Assembly: GCF_000260965.1 (NCBI RefSeq)
Contig: NC_017856.1
Span: 480,001 to 512,000 of the forward strand
Source of the DNA: Methylophaga frappieri
GTDB taxonomy: Bacteria; Pseudomonadota; Gammaproteobacteria; Nitrosococcales; Methylophagaceae
Length of the DNA stretch: 32,000 nucleotides
Reading direction: 5' to 3'
Shown here: positions 1 to 9,191 of the stretch, one piece after another
How the letters are laid out: each line of letters begins with the position of its first letter
Numbering within the stretch: the first letter of the stretch is position 1
The notes under the pieces: generated by a model
The model's database searches: none
Seen by the model: only the letters and a program-made list of their open reading frames with translations
Told to the model about the DNA's origin: nothing
Program-made: the position numbers and the translations under genes

Positions 1-386
1 CCAACCCGAGCTAAATCAGGTCCAGTCCGTTTTGAGCCCCACTGGAAAGGATGGTCATACTTGGACTCTACCGCGAGTGAGTAATGACCGTAGCGATCTT
101 TCTCGTCTCGGAATGGTCGCACCATTTGCGAATGGCACAAATAGCAGCCTTCTCGCTGATAGATATCACGGCCAGCCAATTCCAAAGCGGTATAAGGTCG
201 AACACCTTTTAACTCTTCATACTCTGGAAACACATCATCCTCAAATGTAGTATCCAGATAAAACAACGGCACAATCTCAACAATGCCGCCGACAGACACA
301 ACTAGGGCTGTAGCCAAGACCAGCCCCCAGACATTTTGTTCAACCCATTCCTGAAAGCTGACACGTTTATTTAATTTTTTAGCCAT
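1..386 (-). CDS. ccoO: cbb3-type cytochrome c oxidase subunit II (CcoO), N-terminal part; 3' end runs off the window
   Basis: Manual minus-strand translation from ATG at 386-384 gives [42 protein letters not shown]...[19 protein letters not shown]. It has an N-terminal TM anchor and a CxxCH heme-c motif (CYLCH). It lies 10 bp downstream of ccoN, as in ccoNOQP operons. Confidence 0.85.
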   Translation of the reverse strand, partial: MAKKLNKRVSFQEWVEQNVWGLVLATALVVSVGGIVEIVPLFYLDTTFEDDVFPEYEELKGVRPYTALELAGRDIYQREGCYLCHSQMVRPFRDEKDRYGHYSLAVESKYDHPFQWGSKRTGPDLARV

Positions 387-396
387 TCCAGTTCCC

Positions 397-1830
397 TCAG
401 ATATTCGCAGCCGTTGCCATTTCTGCAGACGGTTTTCTAATCGCCTGACGAATGGTCACAGTGACATTGAACAGCATGATCACGGCTCCTGAGAAGAAGA
501 TGAAACCACCTACAGCACGCATCGCGTAGTAAGGATGCATCTGGGCTACTGATTCAACGAAGGTATAAGCGAGATTGCCGTATTCATCATAAGCACGCCA
601 CATTAGCCCCTGCATAATACCGGCTACCCACATCGCCGTTATGTACACTGCGGTGCCGATTGTTGCCATCCAAAAATGCAGATTGACAAGACGTACAGAA
701 TACATGCGTGTGCCCCACATACGCTCCACCATATGGTACAAAGCGCCAATAGAAACCATTGCCACCCAGCCAAGCGCACCAGAATGGACGTGACCAATGG
801 TCCAGTCGGTGTAATGAGACAGTGCATTGACTGTTTTCGAGGCCATAACAGGCCCTTCGAAAGTAGACATCGCATAGAAAGCCAGTGACACAATCAGAAA
901 ACGCAAAATATAGTCCGTACGCAATTTATCCCAAGCACCACTCAAGGTGAACATGCCATTCAGGGCGCCGCCCCAGGAAGGGATAATCATTGCCAGCGAA
1001 ATTGCGGCCCCCAATGAGCCAGTCCAGTCCGGTAGTGCGGTGTATTGCAAATGGTGAGCACCCAGCCAGACGTAGCCAAATACCAAGGCCCAGAAGTGAA
1101 TTACAGACAGACGGTAGGAATAGATAGGACGATTCGCTTGTTTCGGAACAAAGTAATACATAATTCCCAAAAAGCCCGCCGTTAACAAGAAGCCTACTGC
1201 GTTATGCCCCCACCACCATTGAATCATGGCATCCTGAACACCAGAGAAAATTGAATAAGATTTCCACATGCTGACTGGAATAGAGAGGTTATTCACCACA
1301 TGCAGGTAGGTGATCATGATCATCATTGCCAGGAAAAACCAGTTGGCAACATAGATATGAGAGTTTTTGCGAATTGACATGGTCATAATGAAATTGAACA
1401 TGTACGCAATCCAGACCGCCGCTAACAAAATATCAAGTGGCCATTCCAACTCCGCATATTCTTTAGATTGGGTGATACCTAATGGCAAGGTAATCAAGGC
1501 ACCTATCCACAACAGGTTTAAACCCCAAAAACTAAACCAGGCAAGTTTATCGCTCCACAGCCTGACACCACAGGTTCTTTGCACCACATAAAACGCTGTT
1601 GCCATCAATGTGCTGCCACAGAAGGCAAAAATAACGGTATTTGTATGCAGAGGTCTTAGCCGACCAAAGGAAATGTATGGATTATCAAAATTAAGCACTG
1701 GCCAAGCCAGTTCAGAGGCTATCCAGACGCCGATACCGGTCCCAATTACCAGATAGACGCAGGCCATATAGGCAAACCACTTGACGATGTCGTAGTTATA
1801 TTGCTGTTGTTCCGCTTGCATGGCGATCAC
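397..1830 (-). CDS. ccoN: cbb3-type cytochrome c oxidase subunit I (CcoN)
   Basis: 477-aa polytopic membrane ORF with heme-copper oxidase His-rich helices ([31 protein letters not shown]). It is followed by ccoO. Confidence 0.93.
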   Translation of the reverse strand: MIAMQAEQQQYNYDIVKWFAYMACVYLVIGTGIGVWIASELAWPVLNFDNPYISFGRLRPLHTNTVIFAFCGSTLMATAFYVVQRTCGVRLWSDKLAWFSFWGLNLLWIGALITLPLGITQSKEYAELEWPLDILLAAVWIAYMFNFIMTMSIRKNSHIYVANWFFLAMMIMITYLHVVNNLSIPVSMWKSYSIFSGVQDAMIQWWWGHNAVGFLLTAGFLGIMYYFVPKQANRPIYSYRLSVIHFWALVFGYVWLGAHHLQYTALPDWTGSLGAAISLAMIIPSWGGALNGMFTLSGAWDKLRTDYILRFLIVSLAFYAMSTFEGPVMASKTVNALSHYTDWTIGHVHSGALGWVAMVSIGALYHMVERMWGTRMYSVRLVNLHFWMATIGTAVYITAMWVAGIMQGLMWRAYDEYGNLAYTFVESVAQMHPYYAMRAVGGFIFFSGAVIMLFNVTVTIRQAIRKPSAEMATAANI

Positions 1831-1950
1831 ACCTTATATTTTTAGATTACTCTCTCGACGCAAGTCGTATGTCCTGAATGGCAACATGCCAACTAATCAG
1901 AGACTATGAAATTTTACATGAAAATTACCTGAACGGGTTTCCCCAGAATG

Positions 1951-1964
1951 CTGATCCATATCAA
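1951..1964 (-). promoter_or_regulatory. Candidate FNR/ANR box upstream of ccoN
   Basis: The minus strand reads TTGATATGGATCAG, matching TTGAT-N4-ATCAA at 9/10 positions. It sits about 120 bp upstream of the ccoN start. cbb3 oxidase operons are classically FNR/ANR-activated. Confidence 0.45.
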
Positions 1965-2139
1965 ATTTTGGTCACATCGCCCATGTAAAGCCAGGTCAAA
2001 ATCGACCGAGATTTTCCTAAGTTCGGATTGAGGGGTCAAGAAATTTACGGCGTCACTATTTTAAATAATGACTAAAAACAAATAAAATCAATTACTTGAA
2101 TGTAAACTCTAATCTTATTTAGAATTTGCTAGTTAAGAA

Positions 2140-2544
2140 TCATTCTAAATTAGGCCGCAAGCCGTTGTTTAATTCAGCCCACAACAAGGGCGCACGCCCT
2201 TCGCTTTGAATTAAATTAAAGGTTCGACAAGCCGGACCCATCGGCATAAACTCTGCGACGATACCCGCACTGGCAAACACGGTTTGCAATTGCCAGTTTT
2301 GTTCGCTGGCACCAGTTGGCGTGACAACAATCAAGACATCAAAAACGTGTTGGGAAAGCAACGACGTAACGCCCATTCTATTGGGCGCTTTCAAGCTAGG
2401 TGCAGACTGGATGCCTGCGTTGGAAAGTAAAACAGAACCGGTCAGTTTTTCGCTGCGACCTTCAGCGGTCTGAATCATCAGAAAACCATCACCATAATCA
2501 CGAATTTGCAATAAACCGGTGAGGGTTTCCTGACTTATTTTCAT
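2140..2544 (-). CDS. Mth938-like / DUF498 family protein (hypothetical)
   Basis: 134-aa ORF starting 4 bp after the ihfB stop. The C-terminal pattern GIVAEFMPMGPACRTFNLIQSEGRAPLL resembles the conserved G-I-x-V-E-x-M-x-T-x-x-A-C-R-T-(Y/F)-N core of Mth938/NDUFAF3-like proteins. Assigned from recalled motifs only. Confidence 0.6.
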   Translation of the reverse strand: MKISQETLTGLLQIRDYGDGFLMIQTAEGRSEKLTGSVLLSNAGIQSAPSLKAPNRMGVTSLLSQHVFDVLIVVTPTGASEQNWQLQTVFASAGIVAEFMPMGPACRTFNLIQSEGRAPLLWAELNNGLRPNLE

Positions 2545-2547
2545 CTA

Positions 2548-2841
2548 TTAATCGAAACCCGCGGCAACATTAACGCGATCACGGAGTTCTTTGCCCGGCT
2601 TGAAGTGTGGTACAAATTTTTCGTCAAGCGAGACAGATTCACCACTTTTGGGATTGCGTCCCATCCGCGGTGGCCGGTGATGCAGGGTAAAGCTACCAAA
2701 ACCACGAATTTCGATTCGGTCACCTTGAGATAAACTGTCGCTCATTTGTTCCAAAATCAATTTTACGGCCAGCTCTACATCGCGGTAATTTAATAGAGAT
2801 TGTTTTTCGGATAGGATTTCTATCAAATCAGACTTGGTCAT
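2548..2841 (-). CDS. ihfB: Integration host factor subunit beta
   Basis: 97 aa: MTKSDLIE...[50 protein letters not shown]. This is a canonical HU/IHF fold signature. The position downstream of rpsA is conserved. Confidence 0.95.
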   Translation of the reverse strand: MTKSDLIEILSEKQSLLNYRDVELAVKLILEQMSDSLSQGDRIEIRGFGSFTLHHRPPRMGRNPKSGESVSLDEKFVPHFKPGKELRDRVNVAAGFD

Positions 2842-2913
2842 GTGTCTCTTTTATCCCGGCAAAATAAAAACCATCAAATGGCTTATCGTTCATTGCAGCA
2901 ATTTCGGTACTGC

Positions 2914-2945
2914 AAAAAAAACAGGCATCCGAATTCGGATGCCTG
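2914..2945 (-). terminator. Rho-independent terminator after rpsA
   Basis: On the minus strand: 10-bp stem CAGGCATCCG, AATT loop, CGGATGCCTG, then T8 (plus-strand A-run 2914-2921). It lies 15 bp downstream of the rpsA stop. Confidence 0.8.
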
Positions 2946-2959
2946 TCCCTGTGACAGTT

Positions 2960-4633
2960 TTAGCTGTCTTTTTGATCCATTTGCTCTTTAAGCAAATCAC
3001 CCAGCGTCGTATTGCCAGATGACACGTTGCTGTATTCTTTCACCGCGTCAGACTCTTCTTGATCGTCTTTCGCTTTGATTGACAAGTTCAACGTGCGATC
3101 TTTCCGTGACATACCGGTAAATTTCGCTTCAACATCATCGCCGATGCTTAGCAGTTTACTCGCATCTTCAACACGTTCACGCGCAATATCTGCTGCACGG
3201 ATATAACCTTCAACCCCTTCTGCCAGTTCCACTGTTGCGCCTTTGGCATCAACGGCGGTAACTTTACCGGTGACAATTGCGCCACGTGGATTTTCTGACA
3301 AGTAAGCCGAGAATGGATCATCCTGCAATTGCTTGATACCCAATGAAATCCGCTCACGTTCTGGATCAATGGCCAGCACAACCGCTTCAACATCATCGCC
3401 TTTCTTGAAGTCACGAATCAGTTCTTCGTTATCTTCTTCCCAAGAGATGTCAGACAGGTGGATCAGACCATCAATGCCGCCATCCAGTCCGATGAAGATA
3501 CCAAAATCAGTAATTGACTTAATGGCACCACTGACTTTGTCACCTTTGTTGTGTGACATGGCGAATTCTTCCCAAGGATTTTGCTGGCACTGCTTAATAC
3601 CCAGTGAAATTCGACGACGTTCTGCGTCAATATCCAGCACCATCACTTCGACTTCATCACCCAAAGTCACCAATTTAGAAGGATGAATATTTTTGTTGGT
3701 CCAATCCATTTCAGACATGTGAACCAAACCTTCAACGCCATCTTCGATTTCAACAAAGCAACCGTAGTCTGCAATGTTAGTGACTTTACCGTGGATACGG
3801 GTGCTGTTTGGATAACGACGTGCAATGTCTTTCCAAGGATCGTCACCCATTTGTTTCAGACCCAGCGAGACACGCTCACGTTCTTTATCAAATTTCAGCA
3901 CCTGAACTTCAATTTCATCGCCAATAGCCACGACTTCAGAAGGATGCTTAACACGTTTCCATGCCATATCTGTGATATGCAACAAACCATCAATGCCACC
4001 CAGATCAACAAAGGCACCGTAGTCAGTCAGGTTCTTAACGATACCCTTAACTGTTTTGCCCTCTTCCAGGGTTTCCAGCAGTGCCTCACGTTCAGCACTG
4101 TTTTCTTTCTCAAGAATGGCGCGACGTGAAACAACAATATTATTACGTGGACGATCCAGTTTAATGAGCTTGAATTCCAGCTCTTTATTTTCAAGGTGGG
4201 CAGTATCCCGAATAGGTCGAACATCGACCAGTGAACCTGGTAAGAAAGCACGAATGTTTTCCAAGTCGACAGTGAAGCCACCTTTTACCTTGCCAGAAAT
4301 ATGGCCGGTAACCGTTTCGTTTGCTTCATAGGCGTGTTCAAGTCGAACCCAAGCCTCGGCAGCTTTCGCTTTTTCACGAGAAAGTTGGGTTGCACCAAAA
4401 CCGTCTTCCAGTGATTCCAGTGATACATCGACCAAGTCACCGACTGAAACGGCCACTTCGCCTTTTTCATTCAAAAACTCAGAAACTGGAATTGCCCCTT
4501 CGGACTTAAGACCTGCGTTTACCATGACGACATCAGGGCCAACATTGACGACCGTACCGGTGACGATCTTGCCTGGTTGCATTGGTGTTGCGTTTAGACT
4601 CTCTTCAAAGAGTTCTGCAAAGCTTTCGCTCAT
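2960..4633 (-). CDS. rpsA: 30S ribosomal protein S1
   Basis: Six S1 (OB) repeats. The N-terminus [13 protein letters not shown] is typical of S1. I place the start at the internal ATG 4633 (AAGGA Shine-Dalgarno upstream) rather than the ORF-track start at 4693. Confidence 0.95.
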   Translation of the reverse strand: MSESFAELFEESLNATPMQPGKIVTGTVVNVGPDVVMVNAGLKSEGAIPVSEFLNEKGEVAVSVGDLVDVSLESLEDGFGATQLSREKAKAAEAWVRLEHAYEANETVTGHISGKVKGGFTVDLENIRAFLPGSLVDVRPIRDTAHLENKELEFKLIKLDRPRNNIVVSRRAILEKENSAEREALLETLEEGKTVKGIVKNLTDYGAFVDLGGIDGLLHITDMAWKRVKHPSEVVAIGDEIEVQVLKFDKERERVSLGLKQMGDDPWKDIARRYPNSTRIHGKVTNIADYGCFVEIEDGVEGLVHMSEMDWTNKNIHPSKLVTLGDEVEVMVLDIDAERRRISLGIKQCQQNPWEEFAMSHNKGDKVSGAIKSITDFGIFIGLDGGIDGLIHLSDISWEEDNEELIRDFKKGDDVEAVVLAIDPERERISLGIKQLQDDPFSAYLSENPRGAIVTGKVTAVDAKGATVELAEGVEGYIRAADIARERVEDASKLLSIGDDVEAKFTGMSRKDRTLNLSIKAKDDQEESDAVKEYSNVSSGNTTLGDLLKEQMDQKDS

Positions 4634-4710
4634 TATAATGACATCCTTGACCCCATCATTAAATGTGATGGAATCACCCGTTGTTCCTGTCAAACTTAGA
4701 CAGGAATATT

Positions 4711-4738
4711 AAAAAAACTTAACTGTGACTCAGTTAAG
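4711..4738 (-). terminator. Rho-independent terminator after cmk (upstream of rpsA)
   Basis: Minus strand: CTTAACTG-AGTCA-CAGTTAAG (8-bp stem) followed by T7. It starts 14 bp downstream of the cmk stop. A second 8-bp hairpin (TTCCTGTC/GACAGGAA, 4684-4706) lies in the rpsA leader. Confidence 0.65.
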
Positions 4739-4751
4739 CACCTAAAATAAA

Positions 4752-5417
4752 TCAGCTAATGAAAGCACTGATTTGTTTAAATACAGCATCTGCACCAAGC
4801 TGGGTTGAATCGAGAACCAACGCATCTTCAGCTGCCTTGAGTGGCGCTATCTGCCGTCGCTGGTCTCGCTCATCACGCTCGGTGATTTCTACTATCAGAT
4901 CGGCAAGGTTACTATCAATTCCTTTTTCTTTCAACTGCTTATGACGCCGCTCCGCACGCACTTCGGCACTGGCGGTCAAATAAACCTTGTACGTCGCATC
5001 GGGAAAAACCACCGTGCCCATATCCCGACCATCGGTTACCAGTCCCGGCAATTGGCGAAAATCACGTTGACGTTGCAACAATGCCTGACGAACACTGGCT
5101 AAGGCAGCAACTTTAGAGGCTGCGTTCCCAACTTGCTCGCTACGAATGATGTCTGAAACATCCAGCGCATCCAACCAGACGCGCAAGCCGTCTTCCGCAA
5201 CCGAAAACCACACTGGTAACGTTAACGCCAAGTCAGCTAAAGCCTTTTCTGAGTTTAAATCCAGGTCTTTTTGTAATGCTGCCTGGGCCAAAACTCGATA
5301 TAAGGCGCCACTGTCAAGATAGTGCCATCCCAGCGTTTTAGCTATGCGTTGCGCTAATGTGCCTTTGCCAGAACCACTTGGCCCATCAATAGTGAGAACT
5401 GGAATCAACTCAGCCAT
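4752..5417 (-). CDS. cmk: Cytidylate kinase
   Basis: MAELIPVLTIDGPSGSGKGT P-loop and overall CMP-kinase pattern. Start chosen at ATG 5417. The ORF track extends to 5438, and either start overlaps the aroA stop. Confidence 0.92.
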   Translation of the reverse strand: MAELIPVLTIDGPSGSGKGTLAQRIAKTLGWHYLDSGALYRVLAQAALQKDLDLNSEKALADLALTLPVWFSVAEDGLRVWLDALDVSDIIRSEQVGNAASKVAALASVRQALLQRQRDFRQLPGLVTDGRDMGTVVFPDATYKVYLTASAEVRAERRHKQLKEKGIDSNLADLIVEITERDERDQRRQIAPLKAAEDALVLDSTQLGADAVFKQISAFIS

Positions 5418-6729
5418 TCGTGGACTCAATACGGACACCCGCAGCTTTTGCCAGCGTCACAAAACCAGGAAATGACGTTGCCACATTAGCGCAGTCGTTA
5501 ATTATAATTGTGTCATTGGCAATCAAGGCCGCCATGGCAAAAGACATGGCAATACGATGATCACCGTGACTATCGACTACTCCGCCAGCAAACTTGCCGC
5601 CATGGATTTTCATGCCGTCTGCCGTTGGTATCGCTGTGATACCCAAGGCTTGTAATCCATCGGCCATGACCTGAATCCGATCACTTTCTTTAACCCGTAA
5701 CTCTTCGGCACCTGTTAATACTGTCTCGCCATCCGCCGATGCTGCCGCAATAAACAATGCCGGAAATTCGTCGATAGCCAACGGCACCTGATCTTCTGGA
5801 ATATGGATGCCTGTTAAAGGTTGATAGCGAACCCGGATATCGGCTACCGGTTCCCCCCCCGTGAGACGTTCATTTTGTATCGTAATCTCCGCGCCCATTT
5901 GTTGCAGAATCGTAATCACGCCGGTACGTGTCGGATTCATACCCACATGTTCAAGTGTCACATCTGAACCAGGGGTGATGGCAGCGCCCACCATGAAAAA
6001 GGTGGCTGAAGATATATCGGCTGGCACATCGATGTTAATTGCATACAACTTGCCGCCACCCTGAATACGAATCTGGTTTGCCTCAACACTGACAGGGTAG
6101 CCCATGCCATTCAGCATCCGCTCTGTATGGTCACGCGTTGGTGCCGGTTCGGTAATACAGGTTTCACCGCTGGCATACATACCCGCCAGTAACAAGCAGG
6201 ATTTCACCTGCGCACTCGCCATTGGCAATGTGTAATTTATCCCGTTCAGCTGATGGCCACCATGAATCGTCAACGGTGGTTTACCCTCTTTTGACTGAAT
6301 ACGGGCCCCCATCGCCATCAGCGGTTCTGTTACCCGCTGCATCGGCCGTTTTGCTAAAGAAGCGTCGCCTTCCATCGTGACTGTAAAAGACTGTCCCGAC
6401 AGTAAACCACTTAGTAACCGAATAGATGTGCCGGAGTTGCCCACATTGAGTGTTTTTTCAGGCGCCTTGAGGCCATGCATGCCAACACCGTGGATAATAA
6501 GATTGCCATTATTCGGTCCGTCAATGGTCACGCCCATCGCACGAAACACCGCTAAGGTTGCCAATGCATCCTCACCTTCCAGAAAACCTGAAACCGTGGT
6601 TACCCCCTCGGCCAATGAGCCGAGCATAATCGTTCGATGTGAAATCGATTTATCTCCAGGCACACGAATATTGCCACTCAACCGACCACCTGGTTGAACA
6701 ACATAGGTCAAATTTTCTTGATTACTCAC
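5410..6729 (-). CDS. aroA: 3-phosphoshikimate 1-carboxyvinyltransferase (EPSP synthase)
   Basis: 439 aa with PGDKSISHR, LNVGNSGTSIRLLSG and DHRIAMSFA motifs characteristic of AroA. Confidence 0.95.
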   Translation of the reverse strand: MSNQENLTYVVQPGGRLSGNIRVPGDKSISHRTIMLGSLAEGVTTVSGFLEGEDALATLAVFRAMGVTIDGPNNGNLIIHGVGMHGLKAPEKTLNVGNSGTSIRLLSGLLSGQSFTVTMEGDASLAKRPMQRVTEPLMAMGARIQSKEGKPPLTIHGGHQLNGINYTLPMASAQVKSCLLLAGMYASGETCITEPAPTRDHTERMLNGMGYPVSVEANQIRIQGGGKLYAINIDVPADISSATFFMVGAAITPGSDVTLEHVGMNPTRTGVITILQQMGAEITIQNERLTGGEPVADIRVRYQPLTGIHIPEDQVPLAIDEFPALFIAAASADGETVLTGAEELRVKESDRIQVMADGLQALGITAIPTADGMKIHGGKFAGGVVDSHGDHRIAMSFAMAALIANDTIIINDCANVATSFPGFVTLAKAAGVRIESTNG

Positions 6730-6746
6730 AGTGCGCTATGACTCCA

Positions 6747-7634
6747 CTAGACTTCGCTGTTATCGGTCAAGCCAGGTTCTGCAAACCGGCTGTCTCGGGC
6801 CTGCTTGGCCTGATTAAAAAAAGTGCTCAAATAATCGCCATCACCAGTACGAATCGCAGCTTCAATCTGTGCCAGTCCTGCTCGATATTGTTGCAAAAGA
6901 TCCAACACCGCTTCACGATTTCCCAAACAGATGTCGCGCCACATGATGGCATCGCTGGAAGCGATTCTGGAAAAATCCCTAAAGCCCCCCGCTGCATAAC
7001 GCAATACCGCTTCGCAATCATCACGTTGCGCCAGCATGCCCACCAAGTTAAATGCGAGAACATGTGGTAAATGACTGGTTGCTGCTAAAACCACATCATG
7101 CTGCTCAGCGTCCATAACAAACACATCCGCACCAACTTGTTGCCACATCTGCTGAACCTGTTCCAACGCATCATGACGTGTTTCGCTCGTTGGGGTCAGG
7201 ACAACTCGGTGTGCTTCATATAACTCGGCAAACGCGGCAGATGGCCCACTTTTTTCAGTGCCGGCAATCGGGTGGCCAGGTACGAAGTTCGGAAACAATG
7301 ACCCCAGACTCGCTTTTGCCGCCTCAATCACTTGCTGCTTGGCGCTGCCGCCATCAGTAATAATGGTCTTTTCATTGACATACGGAGCAAGTTCAGCCAA
7401 GACAGCAGCCATGGCGCCCATGGGCACGGCGACGAAGACCATATCTGCTTGCTGCACGGCATCTGCAATGCTTGCAGCCGCTTCATCAATAATGCCTAAT
7501 TGCAAGGCTTCATGCCGGACAGCTTCAGATCGCGCATAACCAATCACCTGCGCTACCTGACCGTTTTTTTTCAACGCCAGTGCCAGTGAACCGCCAATCA
7601 AGCCTACGCCAATCACCGCCAACCGCTTAATCAT
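6747..7634 (-). CDS. tyrA: Prephenate/arogenate dehydrogenase
   Basis: Rossmann motif IAVIGVGLIGGSLALAL directly after MIKRL, plus the PGHPIAGTEKSG motif. Start chosen at ATG 7634, giving an 8-nt overlap with the hisC stop. The ORF track extends to 7691. Confidence 0.88.
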   Translation of the reverse strand: MIKRLAVIGVGLIGGSLALALKKNGQVAQVIGYARSEAVRHEALQLGIIDEAAASIADAVQQADMVFVAVPMGAMAAVLAELAPYVNEKTIITDGGSAKQQVIEAAKASLGSLFPNFVPGHPIAGTEKSGPSAAFAELYEAHRVVLTPTSETRHDALEQVQQMWQQVGADVFVMDAEQHDVVLAATSHLPHVLAFNLVGMLAQRDDCEAVLRYAAGGFRDFSRIASSDAIMWRDICLGNREAVLDLLQQYRAGLAQIEAAIRTGDGDYLSTFFNQAKQARDSRFAEPGLTDNSEV

Positions 7635-8721
7635 CTGCAAGCACCTTTGCCAAACCAGACAGACAGTATGCATTGTCCTGTTCAAGGCCAATACTTATTC
7701 TGAGATGATTTGGTAAGCCATAACCAGCCACCGGACGAACAATGATGCCCTCTTTTAGCAAGCCCTCATAGACTGGCCCGGCCGCTCTGCCGACATCAAC
7801 ACAAATAAAATTACCTTTGGATGGAATAAAAGCCAACCCCATTTCTCGCAAGCCTTGCTCATACTGCTGCATACCTGCTTTATTCACCGATCTGGCCCGT
7901 GTTAAATAGTCTTCATCGCCCAATGCCGCAACGGCTGCCGCCAAGGCCAGGCTATTGACATTAAAGGGTTGGCGCAGTCGATTTAATAAATCAGCAACCT
8001 CGGGATGGGATATGGCATAGCCGACACGTAAGCCAGCTAATCCATACGCTTTAGAAAAAGTGCGACAGATAATAAGATTTGGAAAATCTGCCAGCCAAGT
8101 TAACGTGTTTTCAGGATTATCATGATACTCAAGATAGGCCTCATCCAATACAACCATAACTTGAGAAGGCAAAGCCATTAGAAAGGCCTTAAGTGCTGCG
8201 TGAGACACAACAGTGCCAGTTGGATTATTGGGGTTGGCAATAAAAATCAGCTTGGTCTTGTCCGTCACCGCATCACGCATCGCGGATAGATCATGACCAT
8301 AGGCTTGTGCAGGCACTTCGATGGCAGTGGCACCAATTGCTTTTGTGGCGATCGGGTAAACGGCAAAGGCATGCTCAGAAAACATGACGGCGTCTTCGGG
8401 ACCAGCAAAACACCGTGCAATCAATTCAAGCACATCATTACTACCGTTTCCCAACGTAATCTGATCCGGTGCGAGATCAAACCTTTCCGACAAGGCCTGT
8501 TTAAGCAGATAACCATTGCCATCGGGATACAGTGTTGAGTCTTGAACTGCCATCGCAATGGCCGCTTGCACTGCGGTTGATGGCCCGAGCGGACTCTCGT
8601 TGGAGGCCAGTTTGATAATCTGCTTTAACCCATATTGTCTTTGTAATTCGGCAATGGGCTTACCGGGCACATAAGGCTGCAAGTCGGCTAGATTTGGATT
8701 CGCCAAGTCATGAAAATTCAT
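7627..8721 (-). CDS. hisC: Histidinol-phosphate / aromatic aminotransferase (class II PLP enzyme)
   Basis: 364 aa with KLASNESPLGPS, NPNNPTG and TFSKAYGLAGLRVGY (PLP-Lys) motifs. Clustered with tyrA and aroA. Confidence 0.9.
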   Translation of the reverse strand: MNFHDLANPNLADLQPYVPGKPIAELQRQYGLKQIIKLASNESPLGPSTAVQAAIAMAVQDSTLYPDGNGYLLKQALSERFDLAPDQITLGNGSNDVLELIARCFAGPEDAVMFSEHAFAVYPIATKAIGATAIEVPAQAYGHDLSAMRDAVTDKTKLIFIANPNNPTGTVVSHAALKAFLMALPSQVMVVLDEAYLEYHDNPENTLTWLADFPNLIICRTFSKAYGLAGLRVGYAISHPEVADLLNRLRQPFNVNSLALAAAVAALGDEDYLTRARSVNKAGMQQYEQGLREMGLAFIPSKGNFICVDVGRAAGPVYEGLLKEGIIVRPVAGYGLPNHLRISIGLEQDNAYCLSGLAKVLADD

Positions 8722-9185
8722 CGCTTAACCGCCGGTTTACGAAAACTGTCCATGATTAAGAGTATCGCCCCAATGCAAATTGCCGAATCCGCGATATTAA
8801 ATGCTGGCCAATGATAGGTACCAACGTATACATCAAGAAAATCAACCACGTAGCCATAAACAAGACGATCCATGACATTACCAATCGCGCCACCAATAAT
8901 TAAAGCCAAAGATATTGCTTCGACTTTATCGGCTGATGACAAGCGCCGCATCCACACTGCCAATACCAGCGAAACCAATACCGCCAGCACAACAAAAAAC
9001 CAGCGCTGCCAGCCGCCTGCCCCAGCCAGAAAGCTAAAGGCTGCACCGGTATTATGGGCTAGCGTCAAGTTAAAAAACGGCATTACTGGAACTGTTTCAT
9101 ACAACGAAAGCCAATTAACCATCACTGTCTTACTGATTTGGTCAATAATGAAGACTGTTAAGCTTAACCAGAGATATTTCAACAT
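8718..9185 (-). CDS. lspA: Lipoprotein signal peptidase (signal peptidase II)
   Basis: 155-aa four-TM protein with NTGAAFSF and FNIADSAI motifs. It lies immediately downstream of ileS, as is conserved. Confidence 0.93.
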   Translation of the reverse strand: MLKYLWLSLTVFIIDQISKTVMVNWLSLYETVPVMPFFNLTLAHNTGAAFSFLAGAGGWQRWFFVVLAVLVSLVLAVWMRRLSSADKVEAISLALIIGGAIGNVMDRLVYGYVVDFLDVYVGTYHWPAFNIADSAICIGAILLIMDSFRKPAVKR

Positions 9186-9191
9186 AATCGA

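Noticed and set aside
32-250. 72-aa plus-strand ORF at the window start
   Set aside because: It lies entirely antisense to the clearly recognisable ccoO coding sequence (CxxCH motif, TM anchor) and has no RBS or recognisable motif.
3148-4712. Multiple 60-150-aa ORFs on both strands inside rpsA (for example 3333-3686, 3683-4129, 4056-4331)
   Set aside because: These are alternative-frame and antisense shadows of the highly expressed, repeat-containing S1 gene. Their translations are low-complexity and they have no independent start signals.
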